Below are positions 11,298 to 22,879 of a stretch of DNA of 64,000 nt, piece by piece. The position numbers and the translations under genes were made by a program. Every line of letters starts with the position of its first letter. The first letter of the stretch is position 1. Below the pieces are notes generated by a model that was not told the DNA's origin, searched no databases, and saw only the letters and a list, made by a program, of their open reading frames with translations. Source of the DNA: Octopus bimaculoides (Eukaryota); the NCBI RefSeq assembly GCF_001194135.2, contig NC_069005.1:31343793-31407792 (forward strand), in the 5' to 3' direction.

Positions 11298-12353
11298 CAG
11301 TAATGTATTATATATATATATATATATATACACGTACACACACCTACCATTTACATACATATTTGTCAACAGGATGTTACACAGGAGTAACATGAAATGA
11401 AACACCTTGCTCAAGGGGAAAGTGTACCACCTGATCTGGGAATCAAGCCAATGATCGTACAATTGTAAGCCCAAAAGCTGCAACCATTGAGCTTCACACC
11501 TTTGCTATGGACATTGTATGCATGTGTGTGCAGCAGGAATATTTACCAGTCAGGCGTTGCAATTTGCTATATTATCCACGTGATAAAAAAATTCTAACCA
11601 ATCACGACTTTGCATGAAAAAGGTTCCAGCAACAATTTCATCTTTTGACTCACTTCCTTCTGAGCCATCAGTATAAATTCGACACACCTTGGCTACATGA
11701 CAAAGAGCATGAAGAGAGCATTGGGAGACAACACTGACAGACACCATAAGAGATGACCAACAGAGACAGCAAACAGCAGCTGACACTACAAAGATAATGG
11801 AACAGTCAGAGCACAAAAGACACTAGAAGTCAGTAGCACAGCAAGTAGATAACCATACATTAATTGCTACTACAGTTACACCCAGAACAATAACATTCAA
11901 ACCTTCTCAATGTTTTGTCGTTCATAGTAACGACAGTATGCTTTTTTTCGTGTACAAAAAGAATAAAATTTTCTTTATCAAAAATCAGTGTTGTTGTTCT
12001 TTTTTTAATTAAAATCTTTTATTTTTTACTTGTTTCAGGCTGTGGCCATGCTGGGGCACTGCCTTGAATTTTTAGCCAAATGAATTGACCCCAGCACTTT
12101 TTTTTTAAGATTGGTACTTATTCGAGAGAGAGACATGTTGGCTACATGACATGGTATTAAGACAAATTGATTGATACATTCATTAATGACTGACCAAAAG
12201 TTGGAATTTTCTTTTTGGTTTTTTTATTGTTTTTTATTCAAAAGAAATATATATATTTTTATTTACTTAAAAAATTTTTTTAATTCATTTTTAAATAATT
12301 TTTTAATCAATGTTTGACTTTTGTGATTTTTTTTTTTTTTTCACAGACTCCTT

Positions 12354-12569
12354 TCAGCATCCAGATATATCTTTTTGTTTTTTCCGGAAAAACCGTTTAT
12401 CTGAAGGATCAAATCCATGTTCTTTGGCCCCATAGACAGCCCAGTCTGGGGTCTTGGCCATATAGTCCTCAGCAGTAAATATCATTTCACTGTTATTCTT
12501 TCTATTCTGTACCAATTCATGAAATTTCTCATAATCAATCCAAGTCCACCATTCACCATTCACTTTGAA
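12354..12569 (-). CDS. TYW1: TYW1 last coding exon (FKVNGEWWTWIDY...KDISGC*)
   Basis: Matches the TYW1 C-terminus (GEWWTWI, DYMAKTPxWA, GFDP, ISGC). Acceptor ttttAG, stop TGA 12354-56, poly(A) signal at about 12233-38. Confidence 0.97.
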   Translation of the reverse strand, partial: FKVNGEWWTWIDYEKFHELVQNRKNNSEMIFTAEDYMAKTPDWAVYGAKEHGFDPSDKRFFRKKQKDISGC

Positions 12570-13004
12570 CTAAAATAAATTTAAATAATAATAATAATAA
12601 TAATCTTTTCTTATTTTGGCAGAAGGTCAACAATTTTGAGAGATCAGATTTGGTCAGTTTGAACATAAAACAGATAGAATATTTAACTCTGTTTTATCTT
12701 TAAACTGACTAAATCTGATCTCTCACACCTACCCTACAATGTCATTCTAAAAATAAACAATGACAGCATTGAAATCTCAGAGAGATTGCATTATTAATTC
12801 TAAACAATGTGAATAAATAAAGCATTACATTCATCAAAGTAATCTGAGTGCAAAAGGATAACAGGAAACATACCAGAGCCCATTATTATGTGAGAGAGAC
12901 ATCACTCAACTGATTAATACCAGAAGATATAAGTGAGAGTACAGAGTAAGATTTATCAGTAATGACTCACAGATCGACAGAACTGATGTCATGCAAACAC
13001 TTAC

Positions 13005-13172
13005 CTTTTTGTTAGCAACCAGCAAGCAATTGGAATGCTCGTGTTCACAAGCGATCTCATAGTCGGGAAGGAGGTCAGCAAGCTGCTGTACAAATCCACA
13101 CACCTCCTCATGCCACGGCACATTTTTCATGGTTAATGTAGAGGCCTTCGATTCACCGCAGTAAGTAACACC
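13005..13172 (-). CDS. TYW1: TYW1 exon (GVTYCGES...CEHEHSNCLLVANKK)
   Basis: Wyosine-formation domain motifs GVTYCG, VPWHEEV and EHEHS. cAG / AAG|GTAAGT. Confidence 0.97.
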
Positions 13173-13589
13173 CTGAAACAGCAAAACATTTCTCTCTCCA
13201 ATAAGTAAAAATCAGACACACACAGAGAAAAAAAAAAAAAAAAATGCTCCAGAGTTGTACAGTTGAAATGAAACAATGTGAAACGGAATTGAAATTACTA
13301 GAAACATTTTATCAACCCCAAAAGGATGAAGGGGACAGTGATTTGAACTTAGAATGTAAAGACCCTGAAGAAATGCATTGTGATTTTCTGTGTGTGTGTG
13401 TGTGTCAATGATATGTCTGATTGTGGTGTGTGTGTGTGTGTGTGCATGACAGGTAGCTTAATGGTTAGAGTATTGAGCTCATGATCATTATGTCCTGAGT
13501 TCGATTCCTGGTAGCATACTGAGTTTTTGAGCAAAACATTTTATTTCACATTATTCCAGTCGACTCAGCTGGAAAAAATGAGCTGTACC

Positions 13590-13712
13590 CTTAAATACTT
13601 ATTGCAGTGGTCCTTCAGTTTTCCTAAGCCCTATAAAAGAACTCAGATGGTTGGCCTCTAACAAGGCCTTTTGCGATACCCTTAAAGCCAGGAACTTTCC
13701 CCCACACCCTCA
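13590..13712. mobile_element. Half copy of mariner-type MITE
   Basis: Matches the right half and TIR of the 24174-24392 element. Confidence 0.7.
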
Positions 13713-13742
13713 TACAACAAAAAGAATTCTTAAATTCCTTAC

Positions 13743-13989
13743 CTTGACTTCAATAAAATCAGGTTTACCATAATCAACAAGATCGGCGTAAGCTTCAATT
13801 TCATCAGTATTCCAGCCCTTAACCAGAGTTAGTCGATACACCGTACGCTGTTTCTTCTCTGCCAATGCCTGAAGGCTGTCCAGAAAACGCTGCCAGAAAT
13901 CACGGAAGAGTGGACGGTCTATTTTCTTAAGGCTTTCTTTATTACTTGCATCAACGCTGACATAGAGCTGAGTAACAGGTATCAAATTA
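13743..13989 (-). CDS. TYW1: TYW1 exon (NLIPVTQLYVSVDAS...KPDFIEVK)
   Basis: Highly conserved radical-SAM core sequence. cAG / AAG|GTAAGG. 247 nt with consistent phase. Confidence 0.97.
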
Positions 13990-14220
13990 CTGAAACATAA
14001 TAATAACAATAATAATAATAATAATAATAATAATAATTTTAGCACAAGGTCAGTAATTTTGGGTAGAGGGAGCAGGTCTGCTTGGTAGACAATATCATCC
14101 TAAAAATTAACAGTTGCCTCATCAAAATCTCAAAGCTACAAGATAATGAATAATCAAATCAAAACAACGTGAGTAAAGAAGCATGTGACACAGTAATCTG
14201 AATGATAAGGACTTATCACT

Positions 14221-14606
14221 TTAGCATTCAGATTTCTCTGTCGTGTATAATCCTTATCTATTCACCCTGTTTTGAATTAACCATGCATTATCTTGTAGCT
14301 TTGAGATTTCGAGGATGTGATTGTTTATGTTTTGAATGACATTGTCAAGTAGGTGCGAGAGGCCAGATCCGGCTACTTAAATCCTTTAGCATTCAGATTT
14401 CTCTGTCGTATATAATGCTTATCTATTCACCCTGTTTTGAATTAATCATGCATTATCTTGTAGCTTTGAGATTTCGAGGATGTGATTGTATATTTTTACA
14501 ATGACAATGTTGGGTAGGTGTGAGAGGCCAGATACGGCCAGTTGGAATATAAAACAGGTAGAATATTTTGGGCCGGTTATGACTGGTTTAAATGTTAAAG
14601 GCTTAA
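14221..14606. mobile_element. TTAA-flanked piggyBac-type MITE with local ~165-bp tandem duplication
   Basis: Ends resemble TTAA-(c)cctttagcatt ... aatg(c/t)taaagg-TTAA. Related copies at about 12640-12860, 33715-33930, 42690-42960, 60640-60862 and 62200-62410. Confidence 0.75.
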
Positions 14607-14636
14607 AAAACATTAACAATAAAAAACAATCCTTAC

Positions 14637-14814
14637 TGTATTGCATCTGGAAACTGAGCATTGGTTACAAGGAAGGTTGAGATCCCTTTGTTGTGAAGGA
14701 GATCAATAAATTTATTGATTTCCGGATACATGATTGGTTCTCCGACCAATGATAAAGCGCAGTGCTTTGGTGACATACCTTCGTTAAAGCGTTCAGGTAA
14801 TACGCCAGGTACAC
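14637..14814 (-). CDS. TYW1: TYW1 exon (GVPGV...HCALSLVGEPIMYP...VTNAQFPDAI)
   Basis: Conserved ALSLVGEP and TNAQFP motifs. Acceptor is an uncommon aAG. Donor CA|GTAAGG. Confidence 0.96.
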
Positions 14815-15708
14815 CTTGCATAGAGGAAAAAAGGAAACATCACAGTGATGACTAAAACACAGTAAAGAATTAAAACAAACAGGTTTACACACTGAAACAC
14901 TTTCGTATAACAACACGTATGCTCTTAAATGGATTGCTAAATACTCAATCCCATACACTCAGGCACTTTTATAGAACATACAGACATGGCTGTGTGGTTA
15001 AGTAAAAAACTTCCTAACCATATTGTTTCTGGCTCAAAGCTATGTGGTACCTTAGGCAAGTGTCTCGTACTGTATTCCCAGGCAGACTAATGACCTGTGA
15101 GTAAGCTTTATAGATTGAAATTGAAACTTCCCATTGTTTATATATNNNNNNNNNNNNNNNNNNNNNNNNNNNNNNNNNNNNNNNNNNNNNNNNNNNNNNN
15201 NNNNNNNNNNNNNNNNNNNNNNNNNNNNNNNNNNNNNNNNNNNNNNNNNNNNNATAAAATCAAATATAAAAATATAAATATAAAATATAAATTACCGTGA
15301 ATTTTTTTAGAGACACTTTCAAATTTATCAGAATATTGGACTGAAGATTTGGAATAGAGAAATTTTCATTCTCTTAACCATGAAACGATCGTATCCAATT
15401 AACTAAAGACTTGTTTTGTTTATGCTTTTCCCTCCAGTTTTTTGTTCTATGTGTGCCATAAATATCGCCATCCGTTTAGAGAAAAATTTGTAGTTTAGAA
15501 TCAGTAGTTCTTTGACTACTATTTCTAAATTTTCAGTATGTTGGAGAAGCAACTCAATGCTAATCCCTGTATATTTATGATGATTTTTATATATATATAT
15601 ATATATGTATGTATATATGTAAAAATGGATGACTTCAATAGCTTATCCACCACTTAACTGCTTGGTGTGTGGAGTGTAAGTTGAGTAAGACCAATGAGTT
15701 TCTCTTAC

Positions 15709-15818
15709 CTCTAAACTGCTTTATCATCTTGGTGTGATTTGCAATGGCCCCATTGAAAATATATTCAGGATCATCCATTAGCCAGCGCCATTCTGTACCG
15801 ACAGGGTTTGTATGATGT
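15709..15818 (-). CDS. TYW1: TYW1 exon (HHTNPVGTEWRW...IKQFR)
   Basis: Conserved HHTNPVGTEWRW. tAG / G|GTAAGA. Confidence 0.96.
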
Positions 15819-15931
15819 CTACAAGAGAATAAAGATGACAAAACAATCAGACAGGATAGCAACAGCAGTAAAAGAGTCGTTGTGAGCCAATATCAACTTT
15901 GTTGTATTTCTGCGCAGTTTATGCAGAAAAG

Positions 15932-16275
15932 TTAACCCTTTTCTAATCATACTTCTGTTGAGATAAAATGTGCTCGTTTCAATTAATTAATTAATTTTGA
16001 AATTAATGAAGAATGTATTAAAATATCTTCCACTGGGACTTGGTGCAGCTCTCCAGCTTACCAGTTCCAGGTAAACCGTCCAACCCATGCCAGCATGGAA
16101 AGCAGATGCAAAATGATGGTGATGATGATGAATTTTGTCATTGATAAGATGCTGTTTGGAACATAAATTAAGATGGAATTTTGATGAAAGTTTTTAATTT
16201 AGTTCACTTTGAAAAAGAAAGCTTGCATCATCGAACCAAGAGTAGCCCCAGGGTGGTGGCTATCAAAAGGATTAA
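15932..16275. mobile_element. Second TTAA-CCCT MITE family, interrupted by a SINE fragment (~16030-16130)
   Basis: Starts ttaacccttttc and ends caaaaggattaa. An intact-ended relative lies at 56337-56555. Confidence 0.65.
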
Positions 16276-17434
16276 CTCTTTCATTAACTTTTATCTTTTA
16301 AAATTGTTGCAGTCATAAAACTGTGGCCATGCTGGGACACAACCTTGAATTTTTAGTCAAATGAATCGACCCCAGTACTTCTTTTCTAAGCCTGGCCCTA
16401 ATTCTATCAGTCTCTTTTGCCGAACCACTAAGTTATGGGGATGCAAGCACACCACCAACGGTTGTCAAGCAGTGTTGGTGAGACAAACACAGTCAGAAAG
16501 ACACACACACAGATACATACATACATATATACGACAGGCTTCTTTCAGCTTCCATCTACCAAACCAACTCACAACACACAGATCCATTTTTTTTCTTTTA
16601 CTCAAAATCTTTTTATTTGCTACTGCTTCAAGGCAGTTCGTCAAACAAAAACATTTACGTTGCAAAAAGGGAAATGTTATCCAAGGGAGGTAATTCTTCA
16701 GAGCAAATTTCATTTGAAATGAAACAAAATAATTCTGAAGGTAAAGAGATATGGGCACGGCTGTATGGTTAAGAAGTTCACTTCACAACCAAAAGGTTTC
16801 AGGTTCAATCTCGCTAAAAGTCTTCTAAGGTTTTGGTCAGCCTGGGGCTATAGTATTGGACATTTGCCCAAAGTGCCACACATTGAGACTGAAACCAGAA
16901 CCATGTGGTTTGAAAGCAAACCTCTTACCACACAGCCAAGCCTGCTTCTCAAGCATGTGATCTTGGGTACAGTCCCACTGTGTAGAACTGAACCTCACAC
17001 GACATGGTTGGGAAGCAAACTCCTGAACAATTCAGCCATGAATAGAGTAAAGACTCTCTTCAGTCATGCGTGACTATGCACCTAGAAATTTTCCCCTCTG
17101 AGGCACAAGTCCAGGAAAGGTTATTTATGGAAGACCAGCAGTTGCCCATGCATACAAGCCTCCCATCTCCACACCACCGATATTAGCCAAAGGAAAGGCA
17201 AAGGGGCCAATACAGCTTGACACCAGTGACGTCACAACTCATTTCTACAGATGAATGAACTAGAGCAACGCGAAATAAAGTGTCTTGCTCAAGAACACAA
17301 CACACAGCCTGGTCCAGAAATTGAACTCACTACCTCATGATTGTAAGCCGGATGCTCTAACTGCTGAGCCATGCAGCTTCACCACCCTATGAATACTGAG
17401 CTTATAAATGGAGTAAACAAAAGTTTTAACTTAC

Positions 17435-17553
17435 CTCCAACAGAAGACACATTTATTGGCGCAAGCTAAACTGGGCGTGGTCTCCATACACCTGTGGCTC
17501 TCGATCCCATAGAATGTGTGTTTATAACAGCCACCACGACCTCGTAGCATCGA
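17435..17553 (-). CDS. TYW1: TYW1 exon with radical-SAM CxxxCxxC ([12 protein letters not shown]...[10 protein letters not shown])
   Basis: CANKCVFC motif and GCYKH. cAG / AG|GTAAGT. Confidence 0.98.
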
Positions 17554-17745
17554 CTGCAACAATGTAGATTCAAAGAAGAGACTTAGAAAAGAGGGCAGCG
17601 AGAAAGAGAGAAGTGTTGGAATGGGAAATAAAGACATGCATCTGTATGAGATATGCCAGAACCAACACAATCATTTTCATGAAATGTGATACAATACATG
17701 ACTAATATAAATCCAATCAACCCAGGCTTCGTTTCAAAGACATAC

Positions 17746-17907
17746 CTTTGTCCATCGGCACAGCTTCACACCTGAATGTGTCCCAATTAAACTGTAGCCC
17801 TGCTTCTCTAAGGATTTCTTGAAAATCTCTGTAATCATTGGTTTAGGTTCCTCGTTCTTGGTCTGTTTATTTGTTGAAACAATGTAGCCGTTAAGCTTTA
17901 GCTTTGT
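17746..17907 (-). CDS. TYW1: TYW1 exon (...QGYSLIGTHSGVKLCRWTK)
   Basis: Conserved GYxLIGxHSGVKLCRWTK. cAG / AAG|GTATGT. Confidence 0.95.
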
Positions 17908-18773
17908 CTGTTGAAGAAAATAACAAAATATTACAGATGTGTTCAAATGGTGTATGCCTGTGTGGTTAAAAAGTTCACTTCCCAACCATGTGGTTCTGGG
18001 TTCAGAATACAACATGGCAAACTGGCCAAGTGCTTGCTATTATAGCTCCGTGCCAACCAAAGCCTTACGATTGGATCTGGTTGACAGAAACTGAAAGAAT
18101 TCCATCATATATATATATATATAATTAAATAAGATTAATGTAAAAACCTTGTAGTATGCTAGGCAAAGCTTGTCAAAACAATTGTAGTGATTTTAAATAA
18201 AAAATGTTGTTCATCCCATTTTCTATCATTTATCTTTCTCTTTCTCTATCTATCTATCTACCTATCTCTCTATCTATATATACATCTACCTGTCTCTCTC
18301 TCTCTCTCAGACTCTAATCTGATCTGTCACGGTTTCGACAGCTAGATGCCCTTCCTAATGCCAACCACTTTTTCGAGTGTAGTGGGTGTGATTTACGTGC
18401 CACTGGTGCGGAAGCCTGTCCGGTGGCACTAGCATCGACCACGTTCGGATGGTGCTTTTTACGTGCCACCAGCACGGGGAGCCAGTCAGGCAGCAGTAGC
18501 ATTGACCCACACTCAAATGGTGCTTATTACGTGCCACCAGCACAGGTGCCAGTCAGGCAGCACTGTCTACAACTACAATTTCGATTTCACTTGAAATCAT
18601 AATCATGGCCAAAAAATGATGATGGTGATGATGGACTTAAAGTCATAGCACCAACTACCTGTTCAGTCATTGTGCATTCTCACTCAGATTAATTAATTTG
18701 TATTGTCGGCAATCATCTCTATCTTTACCCACAAACATTCATTTCCTTATTTGTCTCCAAACAAAACACTTAC

Positions 18774-18917
18774 CTTGGTTTTCTTGACATTTTTCATGAC
18801 TTTGCCGAGATCTTCAAGGTCAACCAATCCATTAGACTGAGTGACAGGTAACGACCCTGAGCTTTCTACATTGTCTCCGTCTTCTTCCTCCTCTTCACTT
18901 GATGTCTCCATCAGTAC
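18774..18917 (-). CDS. TYW1: TYW1 acidic linker exon (VLMETSSEEEEED...LVDLEDLGKVMKNVKKTK)
   Basis: DLEDLG motif of the eukaryotic TYW1 linker. tAG / AAG|GTAAGT. 48 codons. Not in the supplied ORF track. Confidence 0.9.
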
Positions 18918-19578
18918 CTAATTTTTAAAAAATTGAAGAGGTTTGCATTACAATCATGCGGTTAGGGTTCAGCCCCACTGTGTGGCACCTAGGGCAAGTG
19001 CCTTCTACTATGGCCCCAGACCCTGACCAATGCCTTGTGGCTATTTTATTTTAGAGACAACACAAGTATGAATTGAGATTTGACTGCTATTTTTAGCAGG
19101 ATGAGCAATTATAGTGGCTCCCTCTAGGGGACTGACATAACAATTTAGGAGCAATTTTCCTTCAAGATTTTAACATAATAATACATACTTTTCACAGGGT
19201 CTTTATCTCTTGATGAAAGTATAAGGGACATTGTTGTGACATATGACAGGATTTGGGCATTTTTAAACCAAGTGGACCCCCAACATCTCTCTCTAGATCT
19301 AATCACAGTTGATTTCTTCCAGAGAGAGATGGAGAGAGAAAGAGGAAAAAGAGAGACAGGGAGAAGGGAAAGAGAGAGAGAGAGAGAGAGACATAGAGAA
19401 AGAATCAACCTCAGTAATATCAAAAAGTAGATAAACAGACCTCAGCAAGCAAAGAGCCAGGACAAACATCACAAGGCATTCGATCCCAACCTTCTAACAC
19501 CTGGGCCAATTTACTGCTGGTGGGGTGAATGCAAGAATGTGAAAAGAAATAAAAAGTTAAAATGTCAATGTGACAAAC

Positions 19579-19736
19579 CTCTTGGTTTGAAGAACTGTTG
19601 TCTTTATCACAGCATTTCTTCTCACATGTCTCTTTACAACACTTATTGGATTCTACTGGCAGAGTGCCACCTTTCAGTAATGGAATACTCTTCTTCCAGA
19701 ACTTCCTATTCCAGGCATTGAAGTCTTCTGTCAGAC
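19579..19736 (-). CDS. TYW1: TYW1 exon (LTEDFNAWNRKFW...SSNQE)
   Basis: End of the flavodoxin domain (DFxAW), then a Cys/Lys-rich linker. Phases consistent. Confidence 0.88.
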
Positions 19737-20479
19737 CTGTAACCAACAACAACAACAACAAGTAAACAACTATTACAGTAAATAATTTTAACCTTTTGAT
19801 ACCAACCTGCCTGAGACTGCCTTTGGATCTTTGGCACAAATTTCCTAATTTAAAGTGTTCTATATTTAGAACTTTCCATTAAAATTTCATGCTATTTTAT
19901 GTTCCAAACATCATCTTGTTTCTATTAATTTTGAAAATAATGAAGAACTCAGTGAAATAATATTGTTATTATCAATCTGGTGTTTGGAACTTGAATTAGC
20001 ATGAAATTTAGATTACTTTACAACAGAGAGTTTGTATCATGGAACCAGGGACAGCATCGGTTTGAGTAGGTAACAATAGGGAACTCTTTTGTTACCATAA
20101 TTCTAATGAAATACACTAGATTTGTTTTAATTAATTTTGAAAATGATGAAGTTTATAAAATAATTTTATAACCATTAAGCTGGTATTTGGAGCTTAAATT
20201 AACATGAAATTTTGAAGGAAGGTTTTAATTTAGATCGCTTTAAAATAGTGGGTGGTTTGTATCATAGAGACAAGGATGGTTTCAGGTGAGCTGGTCTCAA
20301 AAGGGTTAATGTAATTTAAATTAAAACATCCCATCAAATTTTATGTAAATTTATGTATACACACACGTGTGCGTGCATGTGTGTATAATATAGGGTTTCT
20401 GTAAGAGAACTCATCAAGACCAGCCAACAACATGGGGGAAAAAAAATGTGTCAGAAAAGAAAGATAAAACTCAACTCAC

Positions 20480-20579
20480 CCCCATGTGAACTCTGGGTAG
20501 TGTCCTCATCTCCAATACCCACCGGCAGGATTCGGTTAGCTTCCAACTGGTGAAGCCAATCGTCAATGTTTTTGCCAAC
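20480..20579 (-). CDS. TYW1: TYW1 exon (VGKNIDDWLHQLEANRILPVGIGDED...SHG)
   Basis: Flavodoxin VGKNxDxWL...GxGD. tAG / G|GTGAGT. Confidence 0.92.
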
Positions 20580-20619
20580 CTAATAAAAAGTAAATAAATA
20601 ACATGTACACTTGCGTGTA

Positions 20620-20661
<42 letters not shown>

Positions 20662-20892
20662 GCCTGAACAGGATAAATTACCCCTATTTTGCAGAAAAAA
20701 GTGTAGGTGGTTAGCTGTGGACTCGAACTCACAACCCTGTACTGCAAAATAGGGGTAGTTTATCTTGTTCAGGCTATATTATTAGCATTATCATGCGGTC
20801 GAGAATTTAAAATCACTTCTTTAACTTTCTAAGACATCTCAACGCCTCTAAAAGCAAACTTTGTTTGTTTGTTTACGTTTATCGTAATTTGA

Positions 20893-20950
<58 letters not shown>

Positions 20951-21215
20951 GTAAATGTTGAAGAATGAGAATGAGTCTTCAACACAACATAAGTGGATAA
21001 AATTTCTTTATTTGTGCATTAAGGCTATCATTGGTTTCATGTTAAGAAAAAATCTTAACAATTTTTCAAGCCACTCACATGGAGAAATGGCATTGGATGA
21101 AAATACAAAAATATGTATATCTACAGACAGACAGACAGACAAAACAACACTCACAGATTATAATCTGAAAAACAAATCAAGGAAAAATAAACAGCAGTCT
21201 GATCACAATACTCAC

Positions 21216-21410
21216 CACAGAAAAATTTTCTTTGTACTCTGAGTTGCCATGAGAGAATACTGCATATATCATTCCTTCTAGGAAGTTCTTCTGAACACGG
21301 AAATCAACAGCTGTCTCCTTCAGCCATTTATAAAACCAGACAGCATCATCTGGTGGGGAGCCTTGCACATAGGTGGAGATAACTATCACATAAATGCGGT
21401 CAGGAGATTT
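21216..21410 (-). CDS. TYW1: TYW1 flavodoxin exon (KSPDRIYVIVISTY...YAVFSHGNSEY)
   Basis: WFxKWLxE, DFR and YAVF..GNS motifs. cAG / GTG|GTGAGT. Confidence 0.93.
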
Positions 21411-21695
21411 CTGTATATTTGAAAAAATAGACAGAATACAATAGAGATAACAGTGAAAGATTAAAATATACATGTTTTTATGTTTGGTTTGGCTGAAATA
21501 AGAAGTCTTGGATTTACAGTCCCTAGATATTTGATTTCAAAACCAGCCAGGTTCAAGAAAAGTTGTGATTAAGAAGTCTGCTTTGCATTTGGTCGGCCCG
21601 AAGCTATAGTAAACACTTGCCCAAGGTGCCATGCAGTGGGACTGAACCCGGAACCATGTGGTTGGGAAAGCAAGCTTCTTACCACACAACCACTC

Positions 21696-21732
<37 letters not shown>

Positions 21733-21746
21733 CATGTATATATGCA

Positions 21747-21780
<34 letters not shown>

Positions 21781-21781
<1 letters not shown>

Positions 21782-21932
21782 CATCATCATCATCATTTAT
21801 CGTCCGCTTTCCATGCTGGCATGGGTTGGACGGTTTGACTGAGGACTGGTGAACCAGATGGCTACACCAGGCTCCAATCTGATCTGGCAGAGTTTCTACA
21901 GCTGGATGCCCTTCCTAACGCCAACAACTCCG
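21781..21932 (-). mobile_element. Abundant SINE/RTE-tail repeat ending in (ATG)n
   Basis: Near-identical to 32150-32312. Other copies at about 18315-18600, 28340-28505, 37905-38240, 38880-38980 and 43690-43870. Confidence 0.85.
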
Positions 21933-21944
21933 GCGGCAGCAGTG

Positions 21945-22150
21945 ATGTTTTATCGTCGGTCCAATAATTCATTTGGTTTCTTCTTGACCACTTCTTCCCC
22001 GCTGACTGTGTTTATGCCGCTGATGACTAACGAGGTAAATTCTTGCATGGAAGAGTCTGTTGCAAAGTTCACAAGGGATCCGTGGTGGAGGCCTTGGTTG
22101 TTGTGGTCGCAATTTTCTCTCTCGTCGTTTCTCTTCCTCTATATATGTTA
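21945..22150 (-). mobile_element. RTE-type LINE 3' end encoding a C2H2-like finger
   Basis: RRERKLRPQQPRPPPRIPCELCNRLFHARIYLVSHQRHKH (C-x2-C-x12-H-x4-H) is typical of RTE ORF C-termini. It abuts and truncates the SINE at 21932. Confidence 0.7.
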
Positions 22151-22304
22151 GTTTGTTTACTTGTTTTAAACGCCAGCTTAATAATGACAAAGTTATTTCA
22201 CTAAATTCTTTGTTACTTTCCAAACTTATTGCAACAAAGGCATAGTCTTTCGACAGAAATACGGTAACAAAAAGGGTAAAAGTGAAAAGAGCAGTCAAAC
22301 TTAC

Positions 22305-22406
22305 AAACTGTTTTATATGGTCCTCAGGGTCACAGTCTTTGATATTCAACACTTCTACTTGAACACCCTGCTGCTCAGCATTTTGAGCAAGGCTTTCGGC
22401 CAAAGT
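22305..22406 (-). CDS. TYW1: TYW1 exon (TLAESLAQ...NIKDCDPEDHIKQF)
   Basis: Flavodoxin helix plus xDPxD. tAG / TTT|GTAAGT. 34 codons. Confidence 0.9.
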
Positions 22407-22879
22407 CTACAAAGAATAACAATCAAACTTCTTAATAATATCATGAAAAATGTATTTTAAGAAAATTAGAATTAAATACATATATGTGCAAAAAAGAGAA
22501 AAGTAAAAAAAAGATATTGACAGAAATCTAAGCTAGATGCAAATTTTACATACCTTTCCAAAATAACATGGTTCCAGTAGAAGACACTTGCCCATGGTGC
22601 AATGCAATGGGATTGAACCTGGAACCATGTGGTTGAGAAGCAAACTTCTTACCACACAGCCACACCTATGGCCTGCATAAATTATTTGTCTATAGTGGTC
22701 AAATCTTTGTGCTGTACCTTAGCTCGCTCCCGCCATCAAATCAACGTTGCCTGAACAGGTACATGGTGTACCACATGTCAGATGTTGAAGTGATCACAGA
22801 GAAGCGTGACATGAGTTTTTGCTCGAAAATACAATACACCATGAGTGCAACACCCTAACCACTAGGTCATGCACCATCA

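Noticed and set aside
11550-11816. ORF with IYTDGS resembling retroelement RNase H
   Set aside because: Only five residues match, and the other catalytic motifs and flanking RT sequence are absent.
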